This document shows positions 51,001 through 62,169 of a stretch of 64,000 bases of DNA, piece after piece. The notes beneath the pieces are model-generated. The model ran no database searches. It saw only the letters and a program-made list of their open reading frames with translations, and had not been told where the DNA came from. Every line of letters begins with the position of its first letter. Within the stretch, counting starts at the first letter, position 1. The translations under genes and the position numbers were made by a program. Source of the stretch: Eledone cirrhosa (lineage: Eukaryota); assembly GCA_964016885.1 (NCBI GenBank), contig CAXHJY010000279.1, positions 125,510 through 189,509 on the forward strand, written 5' to 3'.

Positions 51001-54000
51001 GAAGGAGTGGTTGTGTGAATGAAGGAGTGGTGTGAATGAAGGAGTGGTGTGAATGAAGGAATGGTTGTGTGAATGAAAGAGTGGTTGTGTGAATGAAGGA
51101 TTGGTTATGTGAATGAAGGAATGGTTGTGTGAATGAAGGAATGGTTGTGTGAATGAAGGAGTGGTTGTGTGAATGAAAGAGTGGTTGTGTGAATGAAGGA
51201 TTGGTTATGTGAATGAAGGAGTGGTGTGAATGAAGGAATGGTTGTGTGAATGAAGGAGTGGTTTTGTGAATGAAGGAGTGGTTGTGTGAATGAAGCAATG
51301 GTTGTGTCAATGAAGGAGTGGTTGTGTGAATGAAGGAATGGTTGTGTGAACGAAGGAATGGTTGTGTGAACGAAGGAGTGGTTGTGTGAATGAAGGAGTG
51401 GTTGTGTGAATGAAGGAGTGGTTGTGTGAATGAAGGCGTGGTTGTGTGAATGAAGGAATGGTTGTGTGAATGAAGGAATGGTTGTGTGAATGAAGGAGTG
51501 GTTGTGTGAATGAATGAATGGTTGTGTGAATGAAGAAATGGTTGTGTGAAAGAAAGAATGGTTGTGTGAATGAAGGAGTGGTTGTGTGAATGAAGGAGTG
51601 GTTGTGTGAATGAAGGAGTGGTTGTGTGAATGAAGGAGTGGTTGTGTGAATGAAAGAGTGGTTGTGTGAATGAAGGATTGGTTATGTGAATGAAGGAGTG
51701 GTGTGAATGAAGGAATGGTTGTGTGAATGAAGGAGTGGTTTTGTGAATGAAGGAGTGGTTGTGTGAATGAAGCAATGGTTGTGTCAATGAAGGAGTGGTT
51801 GTGTGAATGAAGGAATGGTTGTGTGAACGAAGGAATGGTTGTGTGAACGAAGGAGTGGTTGTGTGAATGAAGGAGTGGTTGTGTGAATGAAGGAGTGGTT
51901 GTGTGAATGAAGGCGTGGTTGTGTGAATGAAGGAATGGTTGTGTGAATGAAGGAATGGTTGTGTGAATGAAGGAGTGGTTGTGTGAATGAATGAATGGTT
52001 GTGTGAATGAAGAAATGGTTGTGTGAAAGAAAGAATGGTTATGTGAATGAAGGAGTGGTTGTGTGAATGAAGGAGTGGTTGTGTGAATGAAGGAGTGGTT
52101 ATGTGAATGAAGGAGTGGTTGTGTGAATGAAGGAGTCGTTGTGTGAACGAAGGAGTGGTTGTGTGAAGGAAGGAATGGTTGTGTGAATGAAGGAGTGGTT
52201 GTGTGAACGAAGGAGTGGTTGTGTGAATGAAGGAGTGGTTGTGTGAATGAAGGAGTGGTTGTGTGAATGAAGGAGTGGTTGTGTGAATGAAGAAATGGTT
52301 GTGTGAACGAAGGAGTGGTTGTGTGAAAGAAGGAGTGGTTGTGTGAAAGAAGGAGTGGTTATGTGAATGAAGGAGTGGTTGTGTGAATGAAGGAATGGTT
52401 GTGTGAATGACGGAGTGGTTGTGTGAATGAAGGAGTGGTTGTGTGAATAAAGGAATGGTTGTGTGAATGAAGGAGTGGTTGAGAACGAAGGAGTGGTTGT
52501 GTGAATGAAGGAATGGTTGTGTGAATGAAACAGTGGTTGTGTGAATGAAGGAATGGTTGTGTGAATGAAGGAGTGGTTGTGTGAATGAAGGAATGGTTGT
52601 GTGAACGAAGGAGTGGTTGTGTGAATGAAGGAGTGGTTGTGTGAATGAAGGAGTGGTTGTGTGAATGAAGGCGTGGTTGTGTGAATGAAGGAATGGTTGT
52701 GTGAATGAAGGAATGGTTGTGTGAATGAAGGAGTGGTTGTGTGAATGAATGAATGGTTGTGTGAATGAAGAAATGGTTGTGTGAAAGAAAGAATGGTTAT
52801 GTGAATGAAGGAGTGGTTGTGTGAATGAAGGAGTGGTTATGTGAATGAAGGAGTGGTTATGTGAATGAAGGAGTGGTTGTGTGAGTGAAGGAATGGTTGT
52901 GTGAATGAAGGAGTGGTTGTGTGAATGAAGGAGTGGTTGTGTGAATGAAGGAGTGGTTGTGTGAATGAAGGAGTGGTTGTGTGAATGAAGGAGTGGTTGT
53001 GTGAATGAAGGAGTGGTTGTGTGAATGAAGGAGTGGTTGTGTGAATGAAGGAGTGGTTGTGTGAATGAAGGAATGGTTGTGTGAATGAAGGAGTGGTTGT
53101 GTGAATGAAGGAGTGGTTGTGTGAATGAAGGATTGGTTATGTGAATGAAGGGGTGGTGTGAATGAAGGAATGGTTGTGTGAATGAAGGAGTGGTTTTGTG
53201 AATGAAGGAGTGGTTGTGTGAATGAAGCAATGGTTGTGTCAATGAAGGAATGGTTGTGTGAATGAAGCAATGGTTGTGTCAATGAAGGAATGGTTGTGTG
53301 AACGAAGGAATGGTTGTGTGAACGAAGGAGTGGTTGTGTGAATGAAGGAGTGGTTGTGTGAATGAAGGCGTGGTTGTGTGAATGAAGGAGTGGTTGTGTG
53401 AATGAAGCAATGGTTGTGTCAATGAAGGAATGGTTGTGTGAATGAAGCAATGGTTGTGTCAATGAAGGAATGGTTGTGTGAACGAAGGAATGGTTGTGTG
53501 AACGAAGGAGTGGTTGTGTGAATGAAGGAGTGGTTGTGTGAATGAAGGCGTGGTTGTGTGAATGAAGGAATGGTTGTGTGAATGAAGGAGTGGTTGTGTG
53601 AATGAATGAATGGTTGTGCGAATGAAGAAATGGTTGTGTGAAAGAAAGAATGGTTATGTGAATGAACGAGTGGTTGTGTGAATGAAGGAGTGGTTGTGTG
53701 AATGAAGGAGTGGTTGTGTGAGTGAAGGAGTGGTTGTGTGAATGAAGGAATGGTTGTGTGAATGAAGGAGTGGTTGTGTGAATGAAGGAGTGGTTGTGTG
53801 AATGAAGGAGTGGTTGTGTGAATGAAGGAGTGGTTGTGTGAATGAAGGAATGGTTGTGTGAATGAAGGAATGGTTGTGTGAATGAAGGATTGGTTGTGTG
53901 ACTGAAGGAATGGTTGTGTGAATGAAGGAGTGGTTGTGTGAATGAAGGAGTGGTGTGAATGAAGGAATGGTTATGTGAATGAACGAGTGGTTGTGTGAAT

Positions 54001-54978
54001 GAAGGAGTGGTTGTGTGAATGAAGGAGTGGTTGTGTGAGTGAAGGAGTGGTTGTGTGAATGAAGGAATGGTTGTGTGAATGAAGGAGTGGTTGTGTGAAT
54101 GAAGGAGTGGTTGTGTGAATGAAGGAGTGGTTGTGTGAATGAAGGAGTGGTTATGTGAATGAAGGAGTGGTTGTGTGAATGAAGGAGTGGTTGTGTGAAT
54201 GTAGGAATGGTTGTGTGAATGAAGGAATGGTTGTGTGAATGAAGGAGTGGTTGTGTGAATGAAGGAATGGTTGTGTGAATGAAGGAGTGGTTGTGTGAAT
54301 GAAGGAGTGGTGTGAATGAAGGAATGGTTGTGTGAATGAAAGAGTGGTTGTGTGAATGAAGGATTTGTTATGTGAATGAAGGATTGGCTGTGTGAATGAA
54401 GGAATGGTTGTGTGAATGAAGGAGTGGTTGTGTGAATGAAGGAGTGGTTGTGTGAATGAAGGAGTGGTTGTGTGAATGAAAGAGTGGTTGTGTGAATGAA
54501 GGATTGGTTATGTGAATGAAGGAGTGGTGTGAATGAAGGAATGGTTGTGTGAATGAAGGAATGGTTGTGTGAATGAAGGAGTGGTTTTGTGAATGAAGGA
54601 GTGGTTGTGTGAATGAAGCAATGGTTGTGTGAATGAAGGAGTGGTTGTGTGAATGAAGGAGTGGTTGTGTGAATGTAGGAGTGGTTGTGTGAATGAAAGA
54701 GTGGTTGTGTGAATGAAGGATTGGTTATGTGAATGAAGGAGTGGTGTGAATGAAGGAATGGTTATGTGAATGAAGGAGTGGTGTGAATGAAGGAATGGTT
54801 GTGTGAACGAAGGAGTGGTTGTGTGAACGAAGGAGTGGTTGTGAACGAAGGAATGATTGTGTGAATGAAGGAGTGGTTGTGTGAATAAAGGAGTGGTTGT
54901 GTGAATGAAGGAGTGGTTGTGTGAATGAAGGAGTGGTTGTGTGAATGAAACAATGGTTGTGTGAATTAAGGAGTGGTT
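1..54978. repeat. Large tandem satellite array, 20-bp monomer consensus GAATGAAGGAGTGGTTGTGT (continues beyond left edge)
   Basis: Uninterrupted 20-bp periodicity is visible directly. Common variants are GAAT>GAAC, GGAGT>GGAAT and GAAGG>GAAAG, plus occasional shortened monomers of 14-19 bp. The last recognisable monomer is at ~54960-54978. The + strand is almost devoid of C. Confidence 0.99.
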
Positions 54979-55540
54979 GAATGAGCAAATAATGGCTGAA
55001 TGAAAGCAGAAATGAATGAGGTGATGCCATGAATGAAGAGTTGTGTTAAAAAATGAATGATTTAATGGATGAACAAATGTAGGATTAAATGAAAGAGCTG
55101 AATGAAAGAACAAATGGTTGATTGAATGAGCAAATGGATGGTTGAATGAGTTGAATGAATGAAGAAATGGATGGTTGAATGAATGAGTTAATGGTTGAAT
55201 GAGTGAATTTATGACTGAATAAATGAAATGGATGGTTGAATGAATGAATTAATGATTGAATGAGTAAATTTATGATTGAATGAAGGAGTTAATGGATGAA
55301 TGAACAAATGCTTGGTTGAATGAAAGAGTTAATGATTGAATGAGTAAATATATGATCGAATTAGCAAATGGATTGGTTGAATGAATGAGTTAATAGTTGA
55401 ATGAGTGAATGTATGACTGAATGAGTAAATGGATGGTTGAATGAGTGTATGGATGGTTGAATAAGGAAATGGATGGTTAAACAAGTGTATCGATGGTGGA
55501 AGGAGTGTAGAGCGTATGGATGGTTGGCCGAGCAAATGGT
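54979..55540. repeat. Degenerate (GAAT/GGAT/GGTT)n-derived repeat with ~60-bp unit at the satellite boundary
   Basis: A unit like AAATGGATGGTTGAATGAATGAGTTAATGRTTGAATGAGTRAATTTATGAYTGAAT starts at 55165, 55226, 55306, 55366 and (partially) 55427. Confidence 0.85.
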
Positions 55541-55617
55541 TGGTTGAACAAAAGAAAGTAAGAATGAAAAACGAGAAAGAAAGAAAAGAAGCAAGTAGAT
55601 AGGGGAGCATGAAGGGA

Positions 55618-55775
55618 AAGAGTGAGTGAGAGAGAGAGTGAGTGAGTGAGAGAGAGAGTGAGTGAGTGAGAGAAAGAGTGAGTGAGTGAGAGAAAGAGTG
55701 AGTGAGTGAGAGAAAGAGTGAGTGAGTGAGAGAAAGAGTGAGTGAGAGAGATAGACAGTGAGTGAGGGAGAGAGA
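55618..55775. repeat. Purine-rich minisatellite (GAGT)3-GAGA-GAAA, 20-bp period
   Basis: GAGTGAGTGAGTGAGAGAAA/GAGA is repeated about 7 times with an exact 20-bp register in lines 55621-55760. Confidence 0.9.
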
Positions 55776-56071
55776 AGAAAGACTGATTAGTTTCATAAAC
55801 ATGATGAATTTCAATGGTGTCTTATATTGTTTAGTTTAACATTTATGACAGCAGCTAGGTGTATATATACTGTGTGTGTATATATATATATATATTGGGT
55901 CAAGTATGAAATTTGTAGTAAGGCATATGGTCCTTTGTTTTATTTTCTACAAATTTCATACTTGACAAACCAATATATATGTATATACATATATATATGT
56001 GTGTGTGTGTATGTATATATATATATATTTATATATATATATATATGACAGCAGAGAGAGGTGTGTGATTT

Positions 56072-56102
<31 letters not shown>

Positions 56103-56237
56103 ATATATATATGTGTGTGTGTATGTATATATATATATATGTGTGTGTGTATGTATATATATATATATGTGTGTGTGTGTATATATATATGTGTGTGTGT
56201 GTGTATGTATATATATATATATATGTGTGTGTGTATG

Positions 56238-56268
<31 letters not shown>

Positions 56269-56428
56269 GTGTGTGTGTATGTATATATATATATGTATAT
56301 ATACATATGTATATATATATATGACAGCAGTTATGTGTGTCCATTGTCTAGAGAGGTGGATTGTTATGTTGAGGGACAAGTGGACAGACATAACATTCAT
56401 CACACACATCATGTGTGTGTGTATATAA

Positions 56429-56481
<53 letters not shown>

Positions 56482-56596
56482 AGTATATATATATATATAA
56501 GTATATATATATATATAAGTGTATATATATGTATAAGTATATATATATATATAAGTGTATATATATGTACATGTATACATATATATACATATATGT

Positions 56597-56647
<51 letters not shown>

Positions 56648-56650
<3 letters not shown>

Positions 56651-56760
56651 GGTGTCACCAAAAAATGTATACACACTTCAACAGCATTTTAATAAACAGC
56701 ATTTTAATAAACATTGCTTGTACAGGTGTATAAAGTGTGTATATATTTTGGGCGGACACC

Positions 56761-56763
<3 letters not shown>
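56648..56763. mobile_element. Non-autonomous DNA transposon (MITE), Tc1/mariner-type, 116 bp
   Basis: Left end CAGGGTGTCACCAAAAAATGTATACACACTT; right end read on the minus strand CAGGGTGTCCGCCCAAAATATATACACACTT (~31-bp imperfect TIRs). Flanked by TA on both sides within a (TA)n run. CAG-initiated TIRs and TA targets are typical of the IS630-Tc1-mariner superfamily. Confidence 0.85.
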
Positions 56764-56796
<33 letters not shown>

Positions 56797-56798
56797 AT

Positions 56799-56846
56799 CA
56801 TCATCATCATGTAATGTCTGATTTCCCTTGCTATTAAGAGTTGGAC
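56799..56846. repeat. Short degenerate fragment of the dispersed repeat also present at 63356-63495
   Basis: (CAT)n followed by GTAATGTCTGATTTCCCTTGCTATTAAGAGTTGGAC resembles TTTACATCCGCTTTTCCCTGCTTGCAAGGGTTGGAC at 63358-63394. Confidence 0.4.
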
Positions 56847-56910
56847 TGTGTGTATGTATATATATGTATATATATATATATTTATATATATATATATATA
56901 TGTGTGTGTG

Positions 56911-56952
<42 letters not shown>

Positions 56953-57249
56953 GAGAGATATGTATATTGGAAAAGTGTATGTTCACATGTAAATGACCAT
57001 AATAACAGAGAATCACTATAAAATAATACTTGAGAAAATCAAGTAAAATGCCTCGAGAGGTGGACATAGACGTACACACACACACATATATATATATATA
57101 CACACACACACTCACATATATATATATATACATACACACACACATTCACATATATATAAATAAATACTCACACTCACTCACTCAAATATATATATATATA
57201 TATACATACGCACATTTATGCACATACATATATACGCATACACACACAC

Positions 57250-57280
<31 letters not shown>

Positions 57281-57373
57281 CCCACACACATATTTATGTG
57301 TAGCATGCACATACACACACACACAGACTGATATATGCTTATATACATATACACACACATATATATATATATA

Positions 57374-57423
<50 letters not shown>

Positions 57424-57759
57424 CATACATTATAATATGATAATGTGTTGTAGCAGCTGGTTAAGCAAAAGTTGCGAGCAGAAAACACACAACACACAGA
57501 CAGACATAAACATACACACACAGACATATACACACATACACACACACACAAAGACAGCCATAAGCGTACACACACAGGCATATGCAAACATATACACACA
57601 TAAACATGCATACACATATACGTAAGCATACACATGCAGTCATATGCACATATATACATATATGTATGTATATGCACATACATGCATGCATATGTATCTG
57701 TATGCGTGTGTTTATATATTTGTATCTATATGGATATATATATATACATATACACACAC

Positions 57760-57840
<81 letters not shown>

Positions 57841-57879
57841 TACATACATATATATATATATTCACATATATATACACAC

Positions 57880-57926
<47 letters not shown>

Positions 57927-57959
57927 TACATACATATATATATATATTCATATATATAT

Positions 57960-58053
<94 letters not shown>

Positions 58054-58124
58054 TTGGAGGAATCTACCTATTAGTTAAACCATATATATATATATATATA
58101 TATACTTGTATATATATATATAAG

Positions 58125-58203
<79 letters not shown>

Positions 58204-58355
58204 GTGTATATACACACATGTGTTTAGACATACATCTGTAATGTATACATGAGGTAAGTGATTAACAAGGCTGCAGAACTATAACAGAGAAGTGTATACA
58301 CACACATATATACACACTTAAATATACACCCACATACACGCACAAGCATTGACAG

Positions 58356-58393
<38 letters not shown>

Positions 58394-58396
58394 TTG

Positions 58397-58476
<80 letters not shown>

Positions 58477-58486
58477 TATATACTTG

Positions 58487-58519
<33 letters not shown>

Positions 58520-58639
58520 GTGTGTGTGTGTATATATGTGTATATATACACATACATCAAATCAAAAATTATATGCACACACATATGCCATAGGATCCTT
58601 GGATTTGCAGACTTCAGAGTAAATATATATATAATATAT

Positions 58640-58698
<59 letters not shown>

Positions 58699-58763
58699 TA
58701 TAAAATCCTTCTAGCGGTCTCTCTCTCTCCCTCCCTCCTTCTCAGGCTGATATGTACACAAAC

Positions 58764-58833
<70 letters not shown>

Positions 58834-58932
58834 TCCTTCTCTGTGTTTGTCTCTCTCTTTCTCTCTCTATCTCATGCATATATGCATAGACACATGCATA
58901 TACATATACACATATATTGTAACAAATAGTTA

Positions 58933-59040
58933 CAGACATACACACAAACACATACACTCACTCATATATACACACACACACAGACACACACACAAACACA
59001 TACACTCACTCATATATACACACACACACAGACACACACA
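58933..59040. repeat. 48-bp tandem duplication within a CA microsatellite
   Basis: CAGACA..CACACAAACACATACACTCACTCATATATACACACACACA starts at 58933 and 58981, with a partial third copy at 59029. Confidence 0.8.
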
Positions 59041-59226
59041 AGAAATTCCATAGCTCTCCTGTAGCCATTAGCATATGCACATGGGTGAGACAAATAGATG
59101 CACATTTACACACACATACGCATACACACTTTTCCTACACACATTTGCATATACACACATACACACATATATACACATGAAGTGGCAATTGTAGAAACTT
59201 TAGCATATGTACACAGAAACAAATAG

Positions 59227-59330
<104 letters not shown>

Positions 59331-59415
59331 CTATATAAATATATGCGCATATATACATATACACAAATATATATATAAATATATATATCTATGGATATAT
59401 ATATATATATGTGTA

Positions 59416-59480
<65 letters not shown>

Positions 59481-59618
59481 CAAGCAGGGAGCAGCAGACA
59501 TAAAATGATGATGGTGATATATATATATATATATATACAAACCCACACACACACACACACACACAGATATATATATGCACACACATACAGGCAGAGGCTA
59601 TATACACTCACACACTAT

Positions 59619-59659
<41 letters not shown>

Positions 59660-59928
59660 TATGTGTATATGTGTGTGTGTGTATGCATATATATGCATAC
59701 ATATATGTATACACACACACACACATATATATATATACATCAACACACACACGCAGACTGATAGGGTGCACACACATACACACACACACATACACACACA
59801 TACACCCACTGACACTACACACACGTACACACACGTGTGACTGACGTGTGCTCCTAACTCATATGTTATGTGCAATTACACAAAAATCCACCAAGGATAC
59901 TCCATCGCAGGTAGAGTTACTCTGTCAT

Positions 59929-61477
59929 CTTGTTGTCGTTGTTGTTAGTATTGTTGCTGTTATTGTGATTGTTGTTGTTCTTATCATTGTGATTTTTGTT
60001 GTTGCTATTGTTGCTGTTATTACTGTTGGTATTGTTGCTGTTATTACTGTTATTGTTGCTATTATTACTATTGTTGTTGCTGTTATTACTGTTGGTATTG
60101 TTGCTGTTATTACTGTTATTGTTGCTGTTATTACTATTGTTGTTGCTGTTATTACTGTTATTGTTACTGTTATTACTGTCGTTATTGTTGCTGTTATTAC
60201 TGTTGTTATTGTTGCTGTTATTACTATTGTTGTTGCTATTATTACTGTTGGTATTGTTGCTATTGTTGCTGTTATTACTGTTGTTATTACTGTTGTTATT
60301 GTTGCTGTTATTACTGTTGTTATTGTTGTTGTTATTACTGGTGCTATTACTGTTGCTATTATTACTGTTATTGTTGCTGTTATTACTGTTGATATTAGTG
60401 TTGCTATTGTTGCTGTTATTACTGTTATTGTTGCTGTTATTACTGTTGTTATTGTTGCTGTTATTACTGTTGTTATTGTTGCTGTTATTACTGTTGTTAT
60501 TACGGTTGCTATTGTTGCTGTTATTACTGTTATTGTTGCTGTTATTACTGTTGCTATTGTTGCTGTTATTACTGTTATTGTTGCTGTTATTACTGTTGCT
60601 ATTGTTGCTGTTATTACTGTTGTTATTGTGGCTGTTATTACTGTTGTTATTCTTGCTGTTATTACTGTTGTTGTTGTTGCTGTTATTACTGTTGTTATCG
60701 TTGCTGTTATTACTGTTGTTATTGTTGCTGTTATTGTTATTATTGGTGTTATTGTTGCAGTTATTACTGTTGTTGTTGTTGCTGTTATTACTGTTGTTGT
60801 TGTTGCTGTTATTACTGTTGTTATTGTTGCTGTTATTGCTGTTGTTATTGTTGCAGTTATTACTGTTATTGTTGTTGCTGTTATTACTGTTGTTGTTGTT
60901 GCAGTTATTACTGTTATTGTTGTTGCTGTTATTACTGTTGTTGTTGTTGTTTCTGTTATTACTGTTGTTGTTGTTGCTGTTATTACTGTTGTTGTTGTTA
61001 TTACTGTTGTTGTTGTTATTACTGTTGTTGTTGTGGTTGCTGTTATTACTGTTGTTGTTGTTGCTGTTATTACTATTATTGTTGCTGTTATTATTGTTGC
61101 TATTGTTGCTGTTATTATTGTTGTTATTATTGGTGTTATTGTTGCTGCTATTACTGTTGTTATCGTTGCTGTTATTTCTGTTGTTTTTGTTGCTGTTATT
61201 TCTGTTATTGTTGCTGTTATTTCTGTTGTTGTTGTTATTTCTGTTATTGTTGCTGTTATTATTGTTGTTATTACTGTTATTGTTGTTATTACTGTTGTTG
61301 TTGTTGTTCATGTTGTTATTGTTGCTGCTGTTACTCTTCTTGCTGTTGGCATTGTTGTGGTTGTTATTGCTGCTGCAACTGTTGTTATTATTGTTGCTGT
61401 TGTTGTTGTTGCAAGTTTTGTTTTTGTTGTTATTGTTACTGCTGCTACTGTTGTTATTATTGCTTCTGTTATTGTTA
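59929..61477. repeat. Cryptic trinucleotide (GTT/ATT/GCT/ACT)n repeat with 18-27 bp superunit GCTGTTATTACTGTT(GTT)nATTGTT
   Basis: Nearly every triplet ends in T, and the core GCTGTTATTACT recurs throughout with variable numbers of GTT. Confidence 0.95.
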
Positions 61478-61540
61478 AGCCCATGATTAAACAAACCCTA
61501 AAGATGAGAGACATTCCAGCTATGACCATCCTGTCTTGTA

Positions 61541-62066
61541 TTCCACAAGGACACACTTTATCCAAAGTGTCCTTTTTTTAAATAACAGTGTATGCATCAT
61601 TTGAATACGATTTGGTTGCTATCTCTTGCAATACCTCCACAAGGACACATTATCCAATGAGTCCTTTTAAATAACAGAATGTGTGTCATTTGTGCAATAT
61701 TTGGCTGCTATCTCTAACAATACATCCACAAGGACACATTATCTAAAGTGTACTTCTGTTAAATAACAGTCTATGCATCATTTGAACAAGATTTAGCTGC
61801 TATTTCTAACAATCCTTCCACAAGGAGACATTCTCCAATGCGTCCTTCTTTTAAATAACAATTTGGCTGCTCTCTCTAGCAATACCTTTATAAGGACACA
61901 GTATCGAATGTGTCCTTCTTTTAAATAACAGATTGTGTTTCATTTGAGCAACATTTGGCTGCTCTTTCTAGCAATACCTTTACAAGGACATTATCCAATG
62001 TGTGCGTGTATCTTCTTTTGAATAACTGTGTATCATTTAAAGAAGATTTGGCTGCTATTTTTAGCA
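61541..62066. repeat. Six-copy ~92-bp diverged tandem repeat, each unit with an AAGGACACA...TGTGTCCTT inverted repeat
   Basis: AAGGA(C/G)A starts at 61547, 61641, 61730, 61822, 61892 and 61984 (spacings 94, 89, 92, 70, 92). Each unit also has T-run/AAATAACAG and ATTTGGCTGCT(A/C)T(C/T)TCTA(G/A)CAATACC. Confidence 0.92.
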
Positions 62067-62169
62067 GATAGCATAACCATGTAGAAATTCCCCCATTTTG
62101 TTGTTGTCATTTTTGTTGTTGTTCTTTTTAGTTGTATTTTTGTTTATTTTTGCTGCTATTTTTGTGCTT

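Noticed and set aside
1-54978. Possible CRISPR array or telomeric repeat
   Set aside because: Monomers are contiguous with no unique spacers and no cas genes. The unit is not TTAGGG/TTAGG-like, and the G-rich strand points toward the unique flank rather than toward an end.
1-54978. G-quadruplex-forming array
   Set aside because: There are only GG doublets, separated by 3 and 13 nt, and no regular GGG tracts. At best weak two-tier structures are possible.
225-55113. Very long minus-strand ORFs (up to 2321 aa) encoding His-rich SFTQPLLHSHNHSFIHTTTP repeats
   Set aside because: The monomer cannot encode a stop on that strand. The 20-bp period is not a multiple of 3, all frames give the same peptide, frameshifting indels are tolerated, and there are no unique N- or C-terminal domains. 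This is a satellite artefact.
58221-58750. Splice-like signals: TTTAG at 58223-58227, GAG/GTAAGT donor at 58251-58259, and a polypyrimidine-CAG acceptor ending at 58745
   Set aside because: These are isolated motifs in microsatellite DNA with no credible coding exon between or after them. They cannot be supported without transcript data.
59848-61581. 577-aa Val/Ile/Ala/Thr ORF, 496-aa poly-Leu ORF and antisense 525-aa Asn/Ser ORF
   Set aside because: They are overlapping open frames of one NNT trinucleotide repeat with no recognisable domain. Openness follows from composition.
61541-62066. CRISPR-like or rho-independent terminator reading of the hairpin array
   Set aside because: The regions between hairpins are homologous to each other rather than unique spacers, the repeats are too diverged, the context is eukaryotic and there are no cas genes.
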